A DNA stretch of 64,000 nt from Turneriella sp. (GTDB lineage: Bacteria > Spirochaetota > Leptospiria > Turneriellales > Turneriellaceae): assembly GCA_965279515.1 (NCBI GenBank), contig CBDIID010000003.1, forward strand, positions 576,001 to 640,000, given 5' to 3'. Positions 53,758 to 61,909 of this stretch are shown in pieces. The notes under the pieces are model-generated. The model did not search any database. It was not told the DNA's origin and saw nothing but the letters and a program-made list of their open reading frames with translations. Position 1 is the first letter of the stretch. Each line of letters starts with the position of its first letter. The position numbers were made by a program, and so were the translations under genes.

Positions 53758-53783
53758 ACATATATTTTTGAGGAGATCAAACC

Positions 53784-54050
53784 ATGAAAACAAAATTCAC
53801 CACCACCCTGGCCGTCGCCGGCCTCTGCCTTTTTGCAGCGGGCATCTATGCCGGCGTCTCAGCAAAGTCGGCAGACAGAAGTATGGCGGAGTACTCAACA
53901 GCACCCATCGACCCGAAAAAGAAAAAGGCGGGTGAGGAATGCAAAGCCGCCGACGAGTGCCAACGTCACCACAGCTGCGTCAAAACCGGCGAGAAGAGCA
54001 TCTGCACCGCGCCACAGCACTTTAATCCGCCGAGCATTCCAAATACTTAG
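53784..54050 (+). CDS. Small secreted Cys/His-rich protein, paralog 1
   Basis: GAGGAG RBS, signal peptide, KKKKAGEECKAADECQRHHSC...CTAP. Confidence 0.82.
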   Translation: MKTKFTTTLAVAGLCLFAAGIYAGVSAKSADRSMAEYSTAPIDPKKKKAGEECKAADECQRHHSCVKTGEKSICTAPQHFNPPSIPNT

Positions 54051-54535
54051 TCTGCGGGAAAGCCCGCCAGGTATTCCTGGGTTTTGCCGGCCTTCTCGGC
54101 TTTCACAAGCTTCTCCATAGATTCCAATTTGAATTGGGGATCCGATTTCTTCAGCACTTGATATACCTGTATGGTTGCAGTAATCGCCGCAGGTACATCG
54201 TGCTCCTTTTTACCGGAGGCCAGTTGCGATTTCACGCTGCCTGAGATATAAGCACAGAGCAGAATGGGACTCAAATCCTTTTTGCCGGAAGTCTTATCCT
54301 TGATCCAGACGACACCCGTGCGTTGCCCTATCAAAACAGAAACATCGGAGCTTTCGGTCGCAAAGCCCAACATGACCCCGCAATGGGGCTTGGCATTGGC
54401 GATGGGGTCAGCCCGAAAGGCCTTGCTCGCGGCTTCAAACTGCGCAGCGGTAAACTGCGGCTTATCTTCGCCGTGTAGCATGCCGATGGTAAAAATGCAC
54501 GGGGGCAGCAATAACTTTGCGAATATGTTTTTCAT
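54047..54535 (-). CDS. Hypothetical secreted protein
   Basis: MKNIFAKLLL signal-like N-terminus. Confidence 0.65.
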   Translation of the reverse strand: MKNIFAKLLLPPCIFTIGMLHGEDKPQFTAAQFEAASKAFRADPIANAKPHCGVMLGFATESSDVSVLIGQRTGVVWIKDKTSGKKDLSPILLCAYISGSVKSQLASGKKEHDVPAAITATIQVYQVLKKSDPQFKLESMEKLVKAEKAGKTQEYLAGFPAD

Positions 54536-54748
54536 GGGTCGCTCCGCTCGAAAGTGCTTTGTTGACTGGTATCCAAGCCAGTCTGCCGAATGCCATTTTT
54601 TCACAATATAAGCAGTCAACGGAAATAACCGAACGCATCGCGCATCCCGCGGATAAAATTTTACTTTTCTGGGCTTGAATGGAAATCAATCTCATCCCTC
54701 TCCTGACCTACTTTGGGATGATTCGCCGCAGCCCGCTGCAAATAAAGT

Positions 54749-54776
54749 TGACCTTTCACGGCCGGGCGGCGTCCAA
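54749..54776 (+). promoter_or_regulatory. Candidate ECF-type promoter TGACC-N16-CGTCCAA
   Basis: Same layout as 53730-53757. Confidence 0.5.
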
Positions 54777-54802
54777 TACTGGACACTTTTAAGGAAACAA
54801 CG

Positions 54803-55063
54803 ATGCTAAAAACAACCACAACAATTCTGCTCATCGCGGGCATGGCCCTCATCGGTGGCATAACGCATGCAAAGCAACGCGCGCCGGCGATTATGGCCGA
54901 CGAAGCCCCGCCCGAGCCGCCGGATCCGAAAAAGAAAAAGCCCGGCGAAGAATGCAAGGCCTCTGACGAATGCCAGCGCCACCACGAATGCAAAAAAGAT
55001 GGCGACAAGGGAGTCTGCACGGCGCCGCCAGCACCGAAACTGCCACCGGGCGCCGTGACCTGA
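54803..55063 (+). CDS. Small secreted Cys/His-rich protein, paralog 2
   Basis: AAGGA RBS, signal peptide, KKKKPGEECKASDECQRHHEC...CTAP. Confidence 0.82.
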   Translation: MLKTTTTILLIAGMALIGGITHAKQRAPAIMADEAPPEPPDPKKKKPGEECKASDECQRHHECKKDGDKGVCTAPPAPKLPPGAVT

Positions 55064-55120
55064 CGGGCGCGGCAATGGGTTGGAATACCACCTGGGTGGC
55101 GGCGCTCAGCTATTCCTGAA

Positions 55121-56038
55121 TCAGATTTTTGCGGCGCGCGCCGCTAAGCCCCGTGCGACGCGGCTGGTCTCCGCATCGTTGCAGAGCGCCAGGCTTAATT
55201 CCCAAAGCCTGTCCTGGGCCGCGCGATCCAGGATATCCGCGTTTTCCTTTATCTCGCTATAAGCATGCTTTTTCCAGGTGAACAGCTTACCGGATTTCTC
55301 CAGGCTGTTGTTCTGCGCTTCGAGAAATAACGGCGCCATTTCTCTGCCGCAGTCTTCAATGGAAATAAACGTTCCGAAAAATTTCATGAGCCGGGCCATG
55401 AATTTCATGCCTTTCGGGATGATATTCAGCTGATTCGTCCAGACGGTCTTGTGAATATGGTAACTAATGAAGGCCGGCGGCTTTTGCAACGGTGCGTACA
55501 ATGCATGCAGCTTGTGCATCAGCATGCGCTTGGCGGCCATGCCCTGAAAGATTCCCCGCTCAAAGTTCCATTTCTTTTGCAACTGGAGGTCATCCCAAAA
55601 GATCTGCCCGTAGTTTGTGGCGTTGAAAATAATACGCCCCCCGGTTGTCGAACTTTCCAGTAAGGGCAAGAGGTTGAGCGCCAGCATGAACTGCGAGAGG
55701 TAGTTCACCTGAAAATGCGCATCCATACCATCTTCGGTCTCGATGCGGCGCGCCGCATAGCCGAGCCCCGCATTAATGAAGAGGGCGTCGAGAGACTGAT
55801 GTTTTTTGCGCAGCTCGCCGACCGCAGCCCTGACATCGCTGAGTTTCATGAGGTCGCATACGATGAGGGATGTTCTCGTGTTCCCGGTGCCGCTTTCGAT
55901 TTCGCGGAGTACCGTTTCGCCCAGGGTTTTTGACCGGCAGAGCAGGATCAGCTCATGGCTGTGCATCTCGGCGGCGGCGAGAATTTTGGCCACTCCCTTA
56001 CCCATGCCGTTGCTCGCACCCGTGATCAGGATCTTCAT
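55121..56038 (-). CDS. Short-chain dehydrogenase/reductase
   Basis: ITGASNGMG, INAG, FQVNYL; canonical YxxxK not evident. Confidence 0.85.
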   Translation of the reverse strand: MKILITGASNGMGKGVAKILAAAEMHSHELILLCRSKTLGETVLREIESGTGNTRTSLIVCDLMKLSDVRAAVGELRKKHQSLDALFINAGLGYAARRIETEDGMDAHFQVNYLSQFMLALNLLPLLESSTTGGRIIFNATNYGQIFWDDLQLQKKWNFERGIFQGMAAKRMLMHKLHALYAPLQKPPAFISYHIHKTVWTNQLNIIPKGMKFMARLMKFFGTFISIEDCGREMAPLFLEAQNNSLEKSGKLFTWKKHAYSEIKENADILDRAAQDRLWELSLALCNDAETSRVARGLAARAAKI

Positions 56039-56250
56039 AGATTATTCGGTCGATAAATCTTTTATACTCTGGCAAGAGCAAAACACAGTCGTATGAAAGT
56101 CCCGGCGTGATAAGGGTATTTCGGCGGTGGAGTATTCCCTAGGCGACTGCGGCGTGGCCCGGCACATGCCCCCTCGCGTTAGCCGAACCCTGGCCTGATC
56201 CGTCGCTGGAAATAAAAAACAGCAGGAAAAGTGAAATTGTTCCCACATAG

Positions 56251-56312
56251 AAAAAAAAGGCCGGCAAAGCCGGCCCCGGTCGTGCGTCCCGAGGGGAACC
56301 CGCCAGTGAACC
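56251..56312 (-). mobile_element. att-like site 1 (tRNA-3'-like core + terminator)
   Basis: A8-GGCCGGCAAAGCCGGCC hairpin; TGCGTCCC at 56283; GAACC 17 nt later. Confidence 0.65.
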
Positions 56313-56392
56313 TGAATGGGAGGTGGAGGTGCCGCTATAAAGGCAGATGCGATTTTTGTTGATTTTTTGATCCCATTTAGCCCATTGAGCGT

Positions 56393-56596
56393 ATGTCAGC
56401 TAAGGCCGAGCTAGTATCCTATTTAGAAACCTTGCCGGACGAACTTACGACAGCCGATCTATTGTACGAAACCTATTTCTTTCACGGTGTTAAATCCGGC
56501 TTAAATGACATCGAAAACGAAAAGACCCAGTCACATGATGAAGTCATACGGAGACATGAAGCGTGGCGAAAATCTCGTGGTCTGACTTCGCCTTAA
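56393..56596 (+). CDS. Putative antitoxin, copy 1
   Basis: 67 aa, acidic, GL.DIE.....SHDEV motif, overlaps the toxin gene. Confidence 0.8.
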   Translation: MSAKAELVSYLETLPDELTTADLLYETYFFHGVKSGLNDIENEKTQSHDEVIRRHEAWRKSRGLTSP

Positions 56597-56880
56597 ATCA
56601 TCTGGAAGAAATCCGCGACGACCTTGCCCGGTATTCTCTTCAGGCAGCAGATCGCACCTATTCGGGTATTGTGGAACATGTCGGCCTCTTAAGTGCGAAT
56701 CCTTTGCTCGGTAGAACAGTTCCTGAATTTCCCGCAAGCCCCTTGCAAGAAATTATTCATGATGATTATCGCATCGTTTATAGAACCGACGCTGACATGG
56801 TCAGAGTTGTTTTTATCGCTCACGGCAAACGCGATCTGAGGAAGTTTCTCAGGATGATGATCGATACACAGAACAATTGA
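56563..56880 (+). CDS. RelE/ParE family toxin, copy 1
   Basis: ISWSDFA..HLEEI, P.LGR.VPE, YRIVYR, IAHGKRD. Confidence 0.9.
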   Translation: MAKISWSDFALNHLEEIRDDLARYSLQAADRTYSGIVEHVGLLSANPLLGRTVPEFPASPLQEIIHDDYRIVYRTDADMVRVVFIAHGKRDLRKFLRMMIDTQNN

Positions 56881-56964
56881 GCGGACGAATGGCTAAACTT
56901 TGCTTGAGATGAACTCTGGTTCGATTCCCCGACGGGGTCAGTGACTTATTGACCTAAAACAATA

Positions 56965-57046
56965 AAAAAGCCCAAAGATGAACCAATGAAATCAAGGGTT
57001 CACCTTTGGGTGAACTATGCGTCCCCTAAGGAATGCCGTTCGAACC
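56965..57046 (-). mobile_element. att-like site 2 (tRNA-3'-like core + terminator)
   Basis: A-run, CCCAAAG.TGAACC/GGTTCA.CTTTGGG hairpin; TGCGTCCC at 57018; GAACC 16 nt later. Confidence 0.65.
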
Positions 57047-57063
57047 GTCTTGTTTAAGTAAGG

Positions 57064-57231
57064 TTATTTACCTGTTTTCGCCTTTTTTTTAGGTTTTATT
57101 GTCCGGACAACGAAACGCGTATTTGTTTGTTTCGCCAGTTTGCGTGCATAGGCTGTCGCCTCGCGAAGGGATTTATTGATAGCCACATTTTCCGGGCTCA
57201 AGGGCTTTGATTTAAGTGCTTTTGCTTTCAT
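57064..57231 (-). CDS. Small basic partner protein of the zeta-like ATPase
   Basis: 55-aa ORF (MKAKALKSKPLS...) overlapping the ATPase 3' end. Confidence 0.65.
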   Translation of the reverse strand: MKAKALKSKPLSPENVAINKSLREATAYARKLAKQTNTRFVVRTIKPKKKAKTGK

Positions 57232-57733
57232 GATCACTCGTTTCCAGTAAACGCATTGGAGCAGGACTACTGTCATATATCTTCCATGAGTCGGCAAGTT
57301 TTTTATAACTCGGCAGGTTTTCCAAGCCACGAATAAACCGCCTGCGAATAACATCGGCAGGAATATTGTGACCGCCTTGTTTGACCCGCTGTCTGACACG
57401 TTCGATGGCAAAATCCGCATTCGGAAGACTCAGGAAAATTATCTCCACGTGATAACCTTTCTTCTTCCAGCTATCGATCCGCCGTAGGTAATTCTTTGCT
57501 GACAATGTTGTCTCAAAAGCAAAGCTCACCTTTTGCTCCGCCAAATGGCTCATCTGCTTGAGTAATATACGTCCCGCTTCGACTGCAGCAAGCTCCGGCT
57601 TTAAAGGGGCAATACCTGAAGCCAAAATATCAGCATTCAGGTAATGCTTTATGTCCGGATAGTTCTTGAGAAAGAATTTTGCAAACGTCGTCTTGCCTGC
57701 CCCGTTTGGTCCCGCAATGATGAAGACCTTCAT
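57212..57733 (-). CDS. Zeta-toxin-like P-loop kinase/ATPase (COG4185 type)
   Basis: IAGPNGAGKTT, NAD, FETTLS, RV..RV..GGH.IP. Confidence 0.88.
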   Translation of the reverse strand: MKVFIIAGPNGAGKTTFAKFFLKNYPDIKHYLNADILASGIAPLKPELAAVEAGRILLKQMSHLAEQKVSFAFETTLSAKNYLRRIDSWKKKGYHVEIIFLSLPNADFAIERVRQRVKQGGHNIPADVIRRRFIRGLENLPSYKKLADSWKIYDSSPAPMRLLETSDHESKST

Positions 57734-57773
57734 TGTGCCCAGAAGGTCAGGACTACAACTTTACATTGGCAAC

Positions 57774-57837
57774 AAAAAAAAAAGGCCGGCAAAGCCGGCC
57801 CCGATCGTGCGTCCCGTGGGGAACCCGCCGGTGAACC
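57774..57837 (-). mobile_element. att-like site 3
   Basis: A10-GGCCGGCAAAGCCGGCC hairpin; TGCGTCCC at 57808; GAACC 17 nt later. Confidence 0.65.
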
Positions 57838-57917
57838 TGTGTGGGAGGTGGAGGTGCCGCTATAAAGGCAGATGCGATTTTTGTTGATTTTTTGATCCCA
57901 TTTAGCCCATTGAGCGT

Positions 57918-58121
57918 ATGTCAGCTAAGGCCGAGCTAGTATCCTATTTAGAAACCTTGCCGGACGAACTTACGACAGCCGATCTATTGTACGAAACCTA
58001 TTTCTTTCACGGTGTTAAATCCGGCTTAAATGACATCGAAAACGAAAAGACCCAGTCACATGATGAAGTCATACGGAGACATGAAGCGTGGCGAAAATCT
58101 CGTGGTCTGACTTCGCCTTAA
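57918..58121 (+). CDS. Putative antitoxin, copy 2
   Basis: Protein identical to copy 1. Confidence 0.8.
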   Translation: MSAKAELVSYLETLPDELTTADLLYETYFFHGVKSGLNDIENEKTQSHDEVIRRHEAWRKSRGLTSP

Positions 58122-58405
58122 ATCATCTGGAAGAAATCCGCGACGACCTTGCCCGGTATTCTCTTCAGGCAGCAGATCGCACCTATTCGGGTATTGTGGA
58201 ACATGTCGGCCTCTTAAGTGCGAATCCTTTGCTAGGTAGAACAGTTCCTGAATTTCCCGCAAGCCCCTTGCAAGAAATTATTCATGATGATTATCGCATC
58301 GTTTATAGAACCGACGCTGACATGGTCAGAGTTGTTTTTATCGCTCACGGCAAACGCGATCTGAGGAAGTTTCTCAGGATGATGATCGATACACAGAACA
58401 ATTGA
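58088..58405 (+). CDS. RelE/ParE family toxin, copy 2
   Basis: Protein identical to copy 1; one synonymous change (CTC/CTA). Confidence 0.9.
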   Translation: MAKISWSDFALNHLEEIRDDLARYSLQAADRTYSGIVEHVGLLSANPLLGRTVPEFPASPLQEIIHDDYRIVYRTDADMVRVVFIAHGKRDLRKFLRMMIDTQNN

Positions 58406-58489
58406 GCGGACGAATGGCTAAACTTTGCTTGAGATGAACTCTGGTTCGATTCCCCGACGGGGTCAGTGACTTATTGACCTAAAACAATA

Positions 58490-58572
58490 AAAAAGCCCAA
58501 AGATGAACCAATGAAATCAAGGGTTCACCTTTGGGTCTCCTATGCGTCCCGTGAGGCACCCATCGGTGAACC
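58490..58572 (-). mobile_element. att-like site 4
   Basis: Same hairpin as site 2; TGCGTCCC at 58543; GAACC 17 nt later. Confidence 0.65.
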
Positions 58573-58845
58573 TGAGTGGCAGATTGAGGTGCCGCTCGCG
58601 TGATGCAGCTAATTTGGAAGCCGACAACTTCATTTTTATCTGACCCCAGAAATGGATGGACTCCCGTTTGTTGAGTCAGCCTACGCCGGGGCATACGTTT
58701 ACCTAATACTGACTCAAAATAGTCTAACCCTACTCATATCGGCCCCTACAGGTAATAGAAGCATAACTTCCCGGTTTGTTAACGTAAGAAATCATATGTT
58801 GCCCCTTAAGGTAATCTTGAATCAGACCGGAAATATGTTGCCACT

Positions 58846-61800
58846 TTGAGAGATAAACTACTGCCTGACCGCCGCTTGCAAAATATAAGTCGCCATATCA
58901 TTATTCCACGCTTGCGCTTTGTTGCGAAGTGGGTTGCGTTTTTTACCTTAACATCCGGGTATTGGCCTTTGTTCAGCGCGGTCGACATTAATGAGTCGAC
59001 CACTTCCGTAGACATACACCCTGAGATATTCGTCGCCGAAGACGCGGCGAAGAGATTGTCAATCGCAGATGTGCTGGCCGGCAAGCTGGATTTTCACTTG
59101 ATTCAAGGCCAGACTGTAGCCCCAGGATTTACCAAAAGCGCGTACTGGGTAAAGTTTCCGTACAGCCTCACGGCGCTAAAACAATGGATTCTCGAGCTTG
59201 AATGGCCGCACCTTGAATACCTGGACTTATACATATATGACGGCCAAACACAAATTAAGAGCCGAATGAGTGGTTACATGCGCGCCCCTTCGGCTCGCGA
59301 CTATCTGAATCGAAATTTCATCTTTGACCTACCTAAGACAGACGGAAAAAGGTTCGATGTTTACATTCGCTTCGAATGCCAGGTGCCGCTGATCGTCCCC
59401 ATTGCAATAAGAACGCTCGGCGACACCTTTATCAAGAATGCTGCTGAAAAAATGTTTTATGGATTTGTATTCGGTGTTATCGGGATTATGCTTTTGTATA
59501 ATTTTTTTCTTTTCTTGACCTTGCGCGACATCAATTATCTTAATTATGTTTTCTTTTCGCTCTGTTTCGCCGGTTACAGTGTTGCCGTGAGCGGCTATCT
59601 TCGGGAATTTTTACCCGATTATCCCCGAGTAAATCTCTACGGTGTACCTGCGGTGGTGTCATTGGTGTGGCTCAGCAATTACTGGCTTGTCCGTACGTTC
59701 CTGGAATTGAAGAGTCGTAGCAAAACACTCTACTGGATTTATACGGCAGGCATCCTGATTTCTCTTTTCGGTTTTCTTCCTGCAAGCTTTATCTATCCAT
59801 TTCACACCGACATACTGCTGGATTTTCATTCATTGATTTCAGGGCTATTACTCCTAATCTCTTCGGGGTATGTCTGGCTGCGCGGCCACAGGGCCGCTCG
59901 TTATATGTTCTTGGCTTTCATCTCCTGGATCAGCGGCATGATTTTGTTGCTGGCGCGCAATTGGGGGCTTCTACCGCACAATTTTTTTACCACGCATGCG
60001 CTCCAAATAGGTTCGTTGCTCGAAATGTCGTTATTCTCACTCGCCCTCGCCGATCGCATTAATATCATCAAAGCGGAACGGGAACAAGCGCAACGTGGCG
60101 CGCTGGAGAGCGAAAAGAAAGCAGTTGAAAGCCTGAAGAAAGCGGAGGCAATCAAGGATACTTTTCTAGCGCACACGTCTCATGAATTGCGGACCCCTCT
60201 ACAGGGTATTATGGGCCTAACGGAAACAATTTTAGCTCAGACCGGCGATGTCACAATGCGCGAAAACGCGGACCTAATCATGCAAAGCGCTCGCCGCTTA
60301 TCGAATCTGATCAACGATATTCTTGACTATTCACGCATGAAAGAGCACGACATCATGCTCAATCGGGCCGATCTAGACCTTGGGCTACAAGTCAATAAAG
60401 TTATGCGAAGCCTCGAATTTGCGTCCAGGAGTAAAGGGGTTCCAATCTTCAACAACATTCGCACTGGTACCGTCTTCGTGAGTGCGGACGAACAGCGGTT
60501 ACAGCAAATTTTGTTCAATCTGATTGGGAATGCTCTGAAGTTTACGACAATCGGCTCTGTCAGTATAGAGGCAATGGAAGAGAGCGGGCAGGTTTCAATC
60601 CACATACGCGACACGGGTCGAGGAATTCCAGCCCCGAAAATCGAAGGAATATTCCAAAGGTTTGGTCGAGTCGACGATAACAATACCGACGGCACGGGGC
60701 TTGGTCTTACGATCACGAAAAGCCTGGTAGAACTCCACGGTGGAAGGATCCACGTCGAATCCATAGTAGATCGCGGCTCAACCTTTACGTTCAGTTTACG
60801 TTCGGCGCAAAGTTGCGGAGAACTGGCACCATCAGCAGAAATTCAAGCTGCAAATGCCACCGTAAGACAGGTAGCGATAAAATCGAAATACGTGCTCATC
60901 GTCGACGACGATCCTTTTATTTTGCGGAGTACTTCAGAACATCTGCGTCGCCGCGGCTTCGAGGTGGCTACCGCGCACGACGGTGCCTCGGCGCGTAGTC
61001 ATTTATTAGAAGGGGAAATCCCCCCCATACTTGTGGTATTAGATCTAATGTTGCCCGACGTTTCGGGTATTCAACTCTGTCGCGAATTTCGGGAAAAATA
61101 CGCCGCGAAAGACTTGCCGATTCTAATGCTGACAGCGCGCACTGAATTTAGGGATTTTCTTAGCGCAGCAAACGCGGGCGCAAACGATTATCTGACCAAA
61201 CCATTTGAAACTGCCGACTTGTTTCTGCGGATCGATAATCTTCTGACGCTGGCTACATTGCGCAGAGACCTGGAGACAACGGAAAGCCAGTATCTACGAC
61301 GGGTTTATGAAGACATGCACGACCATCTCGGCAGCTTGCTGACTGATATTTCGGTAATGACTGGTCAGCTACGCGAGGGCGAACATTTCGATTCGGCCGT
61401 CGTTCGGGAATTACAAAAGCAGAGCGCCTACGCGCTGCGAATTCTGCGCGAGCGTCTGCAAGCAATGGCCGATCAGGCCGAGCTGACGAAAGATTTTTTC
61501 GGCAGCCTAAACGCACAACTGTTGAGGCGGTACATAAACGCCGGGCGAACCTTGCGCTTCACCATTGAAAAAGAAGTATCGCCTCAGCTTATGCGCGAGG
61601 AAAATATGCTACTGCGCAGGGAGATCTATTTGCTCGTCAGCGAAATTGCCACGAATGACCTTAAATACGGTGTGAACGAGGCCGTTTGGTCGTGGTGGTG
61701 CGAGTCCGCGTTGCTTTGCCTAAAAATTACGACGCATAGCAATTATAACCCGACGATTCAAAAAAGAGGATTGGGTACGGCCAGCATCGCGAACCGCATG

Positions 61801-61905
61801 GCGGCGGTGGGTGGAAAGATTAGCTACGAATTGCGGGAAACTCTGCTCGACATAAGCGTTGAATTCCCCATGATTGCTCAGGAAACTTCATCGTTCCCTA
61901 TCTAA
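58846..61905 (+). CDS. Hybrid sensor kinase: 7TMR-DISM + HisKA/HATPase + REC + second HisKA_3-like module
   Basis: 7 TM helices with FSLALADR, SHELRTPL, NLIGNALKFT, GTGLGL, VDDD/DLMLP/KPF, EDMHDHLG; start uncertain. Confidence 0.9.
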   Translation: MRDKLLPDRRLQNISRHIIIPRLRFVAKWVAFFTLTSGYWPLFSAVDINESTTSVDIHPEIFVAEDAAKRLSIADVLAGKLDFHLIQGQTVAPGFTKSAYWVKFPYSLTALKQWILELEWPHLEYLDLYIYDGQTQIKSRMSGYMRAPSARDYLNRNFIFDLPKTDGKRFDVYIRFECQVPLIVPIAIRTLGDTFIKNAAEKMFYGFVFGVIGIMLLYNFFLFLTLRDINYLNYVFFSLCFAGYSVAVSGYLREFLPDYPRVNLYGVPAVVSLVWLSNYWLVRTFLELKSRSKTLYWIYTAGILISLFGFLPASFIYPFHTDILLDFHSLISGLLLLISSGYVWLRGHRAARYMFLAFISWISGMILLLARNWGLLPHNFFTTHALQIGSLLEMSLFSLALADRINIIKAEREQAQRGALESEKKAVESLKKAEAIKDTFLAHTSHELRTPLQGIMGLTETILAQTGDVTMRENADLIMQSARRLSNLINDILDYSRMKEHDIMLNRADLDLGLQVNKVMRSLEFASRSKGVPIFNNIRTGTVFVSADEQRLQQILFNLIGNALKFTTIGSVSIEAMEESGQVSIHIRDTGRGIPAPKIEGIFQRFGRVDDNNTDGTGLGLTITKSLVELHGGRIHVESIVDRGSTFTFSLRSAQSCGELAPSAEIQAANATVRQVAIKSKYVLIVDDDPFILRSTSEHLRRRGFEVATAHDGASARSHLLEGEIPPILVVLDLMLPDVSGIQLCREFREKYAAKDLPILMLTARTEFRDFLSAANAGANDYLTKPFETADLFLRIDNLLTLATLRRDLETTESQYLRRVYEDMHDHLGSLLTDISVMTGQLREGEHFDSAVVRELQKQSAYALRILRERLQAMADQAELTKDFFGSLNAQLLRRYINAGRTLRFTIEKEVSPQLMREENMLLRREIYLLVSEIATNDLKYGVNEAVWSWWCESALLCLKITTHSNYNPTIQKRGLGTASIANRMAAVGGKISYELRETLLDISVEFPMIAQETSSFPI

Positions 61906-61909
61906 CCAG

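Larger units (their letters stand above)
56251..57025 (+). repeat. Direct repeat, copy 1 (about 775 bp)
   Basis: Near-identical to 57776-58550 at offset 1525. Confidence 0.95.
57776..58550 (+). repeat. Direct repeat, copy 2
   Basis: Near-identical to 56251-57025. Confidence 0.95.

Noticed and set aside
56878..56940. Intact tRNA gene
   Set aside because: Only the T-loop and 3' part are tRNA-like; no matching 5' acceptor strand or anticodon arm
56251..58572. Repeated sites as a CRISPR array, integron attC sites or c-di-GMP-I riboswitches (GGGACGCA)
   Set aside because: Spacing is 735-790 bp with no cas genes; no RYYYAAC/GTTRRRY attC boxes seen and no intI; the GCAAAC and GAAA tetraloop elements of c-di-GMP-I are missing
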